Shown here in pieces: positions 57,776-64,000 of a stretch of 64,000 nucleotides of DNA (positions are counted from its first letter, which is position 1; every line of letters begins with the position of its first letter). The position numbers and the translations under genes were made by a program. Below the pieces are notes generated by a model. That model was given only the letters and a program-made list of their open reading frames with translations. It was not told the DNA's origin and did not search any database. The DNA is from Candidatus Bathyarchaeota archaeon (GTDB lineage Archaea; Thermoproteota; Bathyarchaeia; Bathyarchaeales; Bathycorpusculaceae): positions 1,120,001 through 1,184,000 of the forward strand of contig CAVZJV010000014.1 of assembly GCA_963775685.1 (NCBI GenBank), given 5' to 3'.

Positions 57776-60310
57776 TTATACCCGTCTCTTTGTGACAAGC
57801 AACGCAAGCACTATACCAACTACTGCAATAGCAACAATAATTGCTGCTACGCTGGGTAGTAGGTATGTGTCAGCCATGGATTCAACTGGAACTGCTGTTG
57901 GTGTTGGGGTTGGCGATGATGGGTCAACAGCGAAGGCTGTGACTGCATGCGACGGATAGTAGGAGCTGCTGCCTGCGAAAGAAACGGTGATAATGTATTT
58001 GCCTGGAACTTGAGGAGTGAACACGGCGCTGTAGAAGCCGTTTGTATCGCTTGTGGTTGTGCCTACCTCATAGTAATTATTGTTCGGGTCAAGTACAGTT
58101 ATGATAACATCAACACCTGTCGCGTTTGTAGGCTTAATCTGCTGCTGGTAGGCGTACTCCATCCATGCTTCCATGCTATCCTCAGACACAGCTGGAAGAC
58201 CATCTGCAAAACGTGTTGTGATTACATCCTGCGTCGTGCCTCCAGATGTGTCCATAACCGTACCCTTAACGAGTACGCTGCCGCCATTTACCGAAACCTC
58301 CGGAGAATACTGAAACTGTGGTGACAGTTGGTCCCATGCCGAAGCTATATATCTGGTTGTCAAAGCTATTCCATGAAATCAAGTAGCCGTCGCCTACTGG
58401 ACCATTAGTTGTACTGCTGTACTGTAGTATTTTCCACACTAAACTTCCATCAGTGCAGTTTATGGCAAGTCGATAGCTCGGATGTAATGGCGGAGTGTAC
58501 ATGATGCCTTCTGAGAGGAATAGTTTTCCATCTGCAATATTATGTCGATTGTAGCCGAAAATTGGGTAGCTTTCGAAAGGAGTGTCATAGCCTGCGTCTC
58601 CAGCATAATATCCATGCGATCTTTCCTGTCTCAAGGTCGATGGCGTTTACGTAGCCTCCGAGGTCGAAGATGTAGACTTTGCCATAAGCGATTTCACCAT
58701 CACGCCAAACAGCACTGTCGCCGCCTCCTTTCAGTTGAACTGGACCCCATAACATTTGACCGGTTGTTAGACTATAGCCCCAAGCCACATCCCTATCCTT
58801 GTTATGCATCACGTAGTAGCCGTCGCGCGCAAAGTACACTTGTGTCTTCATATGCGGGAGAGTTTGGTTTATTGGTCCCCACAGTTTAGCGCCTGTCTTT
58901 GCATCGTAGCCTGCGACGTATTGATAGCCCAAAGTCATTCCTTGATACGAAACCGCCCCGGGCACTTGGCGCATAAGTATTACTTCAGGGGTTACTGCAG
59001 CAATGCTAAGGCTGATGGTGTCACCGTTGATTGTAGTTGGAAGCTCCGTTTTCCACTCTGTAGCCGCTGGCATGGAACCGTTAATGGTACCGCTTACGCG
59101 AATGAATGTGCCTGTGGATATCAATTTGGTGTAGTTGTACATGCACAGATTGCCACCAGAAACGTAGTAGCCGATAATTGCTCCCTGCAGATCTGACTCA
59201 TAATCAACTAGCCTGCTTGTACTAATAGTATTAGTAACGTTTGCCAAAAAGTTTCCAGTATATGCATCGTATATTCCCATCCAGTTCGCTGCAAACGAGA
59301 AGGCCCCGCCGGCTCCCGGCGAACTATATAGGAATGCATTTGATCCGAACTCCTGATAGTTATTGTAGTTCACTATTTGACCCCATGCAATTGTCTCGAT
59401 GCCTGATATACCCGCAGGTTTGTCCCACAGTACTTTTCCTGTGTGAACGTCTACGGCTCTCCAGCCTAACACATTAGAATTTGGACTACCGTCATATACA
59501 TTGTAATAGAGTATTCCGTTGAGGATGCATATTGGGTGAAAGTACGATTGAATTAGCGAGACCGAACTGTAAGCAGTGGATGAATCGCTGGCGATGGGTG
59601 ATCCTGGTTGGCCTCCGAATTGGGTTGGTTTCGTCCACACGATATGGGCAGAGTTTGGTGCTTGACCAGATGGCAGGACGTTTCCATAGCATCGTATGCC
59701 CCTTGACCGCCTACTCCAAACCAGTTAGACCCTATTTGTCCCCATTGCCAGTTAGTTGCATATATTGGGCGCGTCCAGAATTCAGTTGGAAGAGGAGGAG
59801 TCTGATATATTGGTTCTATTGGCTCTGTCGTTACTATCAGGGTCTTTATATTGCTTTCAGATGGCAACATTTTACTGCCAATCAGATTTTGGCTACTGCT
59901 ACTGAGGGTGGGATTATTTGGATTATTGCCTGTTAATACTTGTCCAGGATAAAAGGCTTGGAGAGTGTAATTGCCGACTTTATCGGGTGTAAAGTTAAGC
60001 ACTGCGCCTGCGACCGGGCTTGCAAGGTATGGTCCGTAAGTGGTTATATGTCCGTCAGGGTCTGTTATGTCGAGGGTTATGTCTTCATAGAGATCGCCTG
60101 TGTAACCCGCGCCTGTTGGTGTGGGTTTGCTGAAAGTGATGCCGACATAAACGTTTTGGCCAAGCCTACAGGGTCAGGTGAAGCGGTTACAAATAAGAAT
60201 GTTGGAATATCAATTGCTTGCGCAGGAGCAAGAGTAATCATAACAGGTAATGTCAACAGTAGAATCAAAGCAATAGTAGAAAGTTGCGTTTTTTTCTTTA
60301 TTAATAACAT
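57776..60310 (-). pseudogene. PQQ-like beta-propeller surface protein, split by several frameshifts (paralog of 27044-29686)
   Basis: Five ORF pieces join into signal peptide-SPDPVG...LPTEFWTRPI...WTKPTQFGG...G.LVW...GTVMDTS...TM-KRRV. May be an intact gene with assembly indels. Confidence 0.8.
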
Positions 60311-60583
60311 TTTTTTCTCCTTCGTTTTAGATCTATAAGAATATAGACGATTTCATATTTCCCAAGATAGCGCTAATATAATTTTGTCTTAACACTCTAA
60401 TAATACAGAAAACTGTAAACTTGATAGTCGTACAGAGAGGTGACATTTTTGCTTAAAGATACGGATGTTATGTTTCTAGACTTGCCAGTTAAGGACCGCA
60501 TAGCAAGCTATCATTAGTTAATTTAATATACCGAAATTAACGATAAGAGTCTTGGAGATTTCTTACAAAATTTGGAGAATGTA

Positions 60584-61371
60584 ATGGATGCAAAAACATC
60601 GAAAAACGAAGCCTTACAGTATTTAATCCAGCTTGGTCTAACCCGGATACAGGCCAAAATATACCTTACTCTTTTGCTTTATGGCAAAGCTGAAGCTCGC
60701 ATTATCGCCCACTGGTCAAAGTCCCCAAGAACAGAAGTCTATAGAGCACTGAATGAACTTCAAGAAAACGGTTTGGTCGATAGAGAATTAAGTTGCCCAT
60801 TAAAATTCATCGCGGTGCCTCCCTCCCTGGGATTAAAAGCCTTTATCGACCACAAACTCCACGAAATTAACCAAATGCAAAAAACCCTAGAAAATTTTCT
60901 CTGAAGTTTGAAAGCAACCAAGAGCCAGACACAGAAAAAGAATACAAGATAACTTCAATCGAAGGGAGGAAAAGAATTATAACAAAAATCAAGCAACAGC
61001 ATGACTCAGCTAATTTATCTATCGATATTATATCATTTTTACCAAGATTTCTTTACATTGCTAGTGAATGCATGGAAAATTATAAAAAAGCCATAAAAAG
61101 AGGCGTAAAATACAGAATACTCCTTGGGAGACCTAATGACTCGCAAGACCTATCCCGCGAAATAAAAGAAGCGCATAAAAATGAAAACACCATAGTAAAA
61201 AAAGTTGTCGGATGTCTTCGAGAAAACTCAGCAATTTTTGACCAAAAACACATAAGCTTCAGCTACTACCCCGATAGACATATTGTAGAATCGCCATTAA
61301 TACTAACAAATCATCCGTGTCTAGTTTGGTTTGCACTGAACTCATTTCAAAGAACTTGGGATTCAACTTAA
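60584..61371 (+). pseudogene. TrmB family regulator, one frameshift (~60895)
   Basis: LGLTRIQAKIYLTL...VYRALNELQENGLV, then in another frame IEGRKRII...AIFDQK...TNHP...F..TW. Confidence 0.8.
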
Positions 61372-61404
61372 GCGCATTAATCCAGCGAGCATTGTTTTAT
61401 ATCA

Positions 61405-61892
61405 TTAAAAAAAGGGGTTTGCAGGATATGTCTCCAGAAAACTAAGGGTCCGTACTAGACGACGCGCCAACAATGTTGGACTACGGTAGTACGTACCTAA
61501 ATATGAAGTTTTTAGTTTGCGGAACAGTTTAGCTTCGTTAATCTCTGTCACGTATTGGAATCCGGCTTCTATGAGTTGCGTTGCTTCTTCCACAGTTTTG
61601 GCGGCTTTGCAGATGTATTCTTCGTTTTGTGGTAGTGCGAGCAGTTGAGTATAGCGAAGTGTCGTTTTTATGTTTCTGTGACCGAGCAGTTCTTGATATT
61701 TGGCTCTTTTGTTTGGGGTTCTGTTTGTAAGTGTTTTCGAAAGGCTTCAAAGAATGGGAAATAAGGAACTGCCGCGGTTTGGTTAAATGCAGTTCTTTCA
61801 AGTTTGTTTTCACAAGTAACGTTTATTTCAGTCTTAGAAACTGTTGCGGAAATATTTTTCTCTAGACACCCTGAAAATTTAGGCAGTTCCAA
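61405..61892 (-). pseudogene. Internally deleted tyrosine integrase remnant
   Basis: QELLGHRNIKTTLRYTQLL...YICKAAKTVEEATQLIEAGFQYVTE C-terminal signature; no upstream catalytic core. Confidence 0.75.
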
Positions 61893-62082
61893 TCCTAAAA
61901 AAGATGTAGTCGCCGTCTGGGCTGTTTAATATTGTATCAAAAACTTCTTCAAACATAGTCTTAACTCAAAGAATTTAGTAGGGAAATGTTCTCCTTTCTC
62001 CAAGACTAAGTTGATCGGTTAGTTTAAGAAGGATATTCCAAAAACGGCAATATAACCCAGGAGGGCAGCAGACAAGTTTTGC

Positions 62083-62385
62083 TTATCTTGCCCAGCAGGG
62101 TCCATAGCCATATCGGTTGCCATAGCCGCCTTGATAGGGAGTTGGAGTTGGAACTGTGCCATCTGTGGGCGCTTGAGGTGCTACATACTGGCTTCCGTAA
62201 CCTTGGTTTACTCCGTAGCCAAAGCAGTTGCCAATCCATCCCCAAAATCCATTGTTTGGAGCTTGATCAGGGCTTGTGGTTGTGTATGGTTGGTTTGCGG
62301 CGATTTGGGCTGAAGCCAACCCAACAGCGACCAAGGTCAGCGCCGCCACAGCGACCAAGGCAAATATAATTTTTGTTTTTTGCAT
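62083..62385 (-). CDS. Small secreted Gly/Tyr/Pro-rich protein
   Basis: Signal peptide; GFWGWIGNCFGYG...YQGGYGNRYGYGPCW; GGTGA SD. Confidence 0.7.
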   Translation of the reverse strand: MQKTKIIFALVAVAALTLVAVGLASAQIAANQPYTTTSPDQAPNNGFWGWIGNCFGYGVNQGYGSQYVAPQAPTDGTVPTPTPYQGGYGNRYGYGPCWAR

Positions 62386-62767
62386 GTGTTTATCACCATA
62401 TTACCATATGTGCATGGGGGCTTATGGTAATTGGCTGAAACAAAACTGAAACAGTTTTGAAACAGAATTGAACCATCATTTCTGCATTTAATGAGCCCCA
62501 CCTTTAGTTTTTTATCCATCAAAAACAGGTTTTGTGTTTATCTGTTGTACAGTTGACTTTGGGACAATAAATATTGATTTTGACGACATATTTTACGTAT
62601 TGATTTGTATTTGTGTTGAACATTTAGATCCCGAAGCAGGTTTTGGTATGCTTGGGTTATGTGCGAGGGTTTATGTGGCGGTTTACGCACTATGAAGTCA
62701 GAAGAAATATGTCTTAAAAAGACACATTGTATTTCTGCACAACACAACAACAGGAGAAAAACAATAC

Positions 62768-63166
62768 ATGAATAAAAACTGCCAACAACAAGTCCAAACA
62801 AAACTCGCCAAAGGCCTCTTAGACATGATAATTCTGCAATTCCTTGGACACGAGTCCATGCACGGATACCAACTTATCACTAAAATCCGCAAGAGCTTCG
62901 GCGTCTACTTTGGACCAAGCACAATATACCCTTTGCTAGGACTACTGGAGAAAAAGGGATGCGTGAAGAGTGCTTGGAATATGGACTCAGAAAGGCCCCG
63001 AAAAGTATACAGCCTAACTAACGAAGGCAAAAGTCGTCTAAGCTTCACCGAAAGTTCCCTCAACTTAATCTGCAAAAATTTGGAAATCGACAATAAAATC
63101 CAATTAAAGACAGCCTCTATATTTGTCTGTGAGGTAAACGCCTTACATAGAACGCCTCACGTCTAA
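62768..63166 (+). CDS. PadR family transcriptional regulator
   Basis: KGLLDMIIL...MHGYQLI...GPSTIYPLL..LE...RPRKVYSLTNEG. Confidence 0.9.
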   Translation: MNKNCQQQVQTKLAKGLLDMIILQFLGHESMHGYQLITKIRKSFGVYFGPSTIYPLLGLLEKKGCVKSAWNMDSERPRKVYSLTNEGKSRLSFTESSLNLICKNLEIDNKIQLKTASIFVCEVNALHRTPHV

Positions 63167-63343
63167 AGTAGGGATTTCGATTATTTTTTAGTTTCTTTAG
63201 CCTTGTGGATTTTCGGTAAAATTACCTGAATCTCTCTTCACTTTCAAATCAGCCCCCACTAGTGAACAAGGTAGTTTTGGGCGACAGTTTAAGAGCCAAA
63301 AACTGCCTTTTGCCATCCTTCAACATTTAGGAGAATTATCAAA

Positions 63344-64000
63344 TTGACTCAAAACTTAGTAGTCAAGCCTTCGCTATCTCAACCAGTTTTTCCATTGAAC
63401 ATAAGAGTTGTTAACGAGGTTTTTCCGGGATTCGCGGTGGGAGATTTTGCAGTTCTACAAGGCCCCGTTTCATCTTTGACATCTCTTTTATGTGTAAGAG
63501 CACAGCTTCCAACTCAATTAGGCGGGTTGAATAGTAATGTCATTTTTATCGACGGGGGGAACAGCTTTAGGCTTTATCAAATTGCCCAGTTAGCCCGGAT
63601 TCATCGCCTTAACCCAAAAAAAGTCTTGGATAACATTTACATTTCAAGAGCCTTTACAGCCTATCAAGTGGCTTCACTCGTTAAGCATTACCTTAAAGAA
63701 ACCATTAGAGAAATACAGCGCTAAGCTTGTGATAATTTAAGATATTGCCGGTTTCTTTCTAGACAAAGATATTCCTGAAGATGAAGCACAAAGAATCTTT
63801 GGTCAAGTAGCGACTTTTCTTTCAAATTTTGCCCGAGAATCCCAAACAATAATCATTGCAACCTACCCACAACACGCGAAGAGGCCAAGAAACGATCTGC
63901 TCCACTACCAAACAACCCGAAAAGCAAACGTTGTATTGTCCTTAAGAAAGACAAGTTACGCCCGGCAGTTTGTACCTAAAAAGCATCCCTATCTTTCCTC
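63344..64000 (+). pseudogene. RadB/Rad51-like ATPase-fold protein, disrupted; runs off the window
   Basis: LCVRAQLP...VIFIDGGNSF..Y...LDNIYISRAFTAYQ; Walker A lost; frameshift near 63706 and in-frame TAA (VII*DIAG). Confidence 0.75.

Noticed and set aside
81-63093. Many 60-170 aa ORFs antisense to or nested in long genes
   Set aside because: Shadow frames of well-supported genes, with no motifs or SD support.
1-64000. CRISPR array, rRNA, or intact IS/transposase
   Set aside because: No regularly spaced 24-40 bp repeats, no long GC-rich structural RNA and no transposase motifs were seen.

Overview
Archaeal chromosomal window, most consistent with Bathyarchaeia (TACK). The evidence is a fused RpoA'/A'' and unsplit RpoB, a CdvA/CdvB/CdvC division cluster, many PQQ-propeller surface proteins and TrmB regulators, a methanopterin-pathway beta-RFAP synthase, and a two-intron tRNA. 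Core loci are the RNA polymerase operon (rpoB-rpoA-rpl30e-nusA), the ESCRT/Cdv operon, orc1/cdc6-wHTH-moaCBA, nucS, lhr, apgM and tatAC beside a Tat-exported multicopper oxidase. The most striking locus is a translationally coupled three-gene operon (40005-43380). It encodes a short Smc5/6-like ATPase with no evident hinge or zinc hook, an ScpA-like kleisin and an Nse1/Nse3(MAGE)-like KITE protein. Other points of note: apparent non-canonical start codons (ATT, ACG, possibly ATA) in conserved genes, a LipS2-like radical SAM enzyme, a degenerate homocitrate-synthase paralog, and sub-kb strand-composition skew domains independent of gene orientation. A decayed integrated element lies at tRNA-Leu(CAA). 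Several frameshifts look like homopolymer assembly errors. No CRISPR array or rRNA was seen. All family assignments are by motif recognition, not database search.
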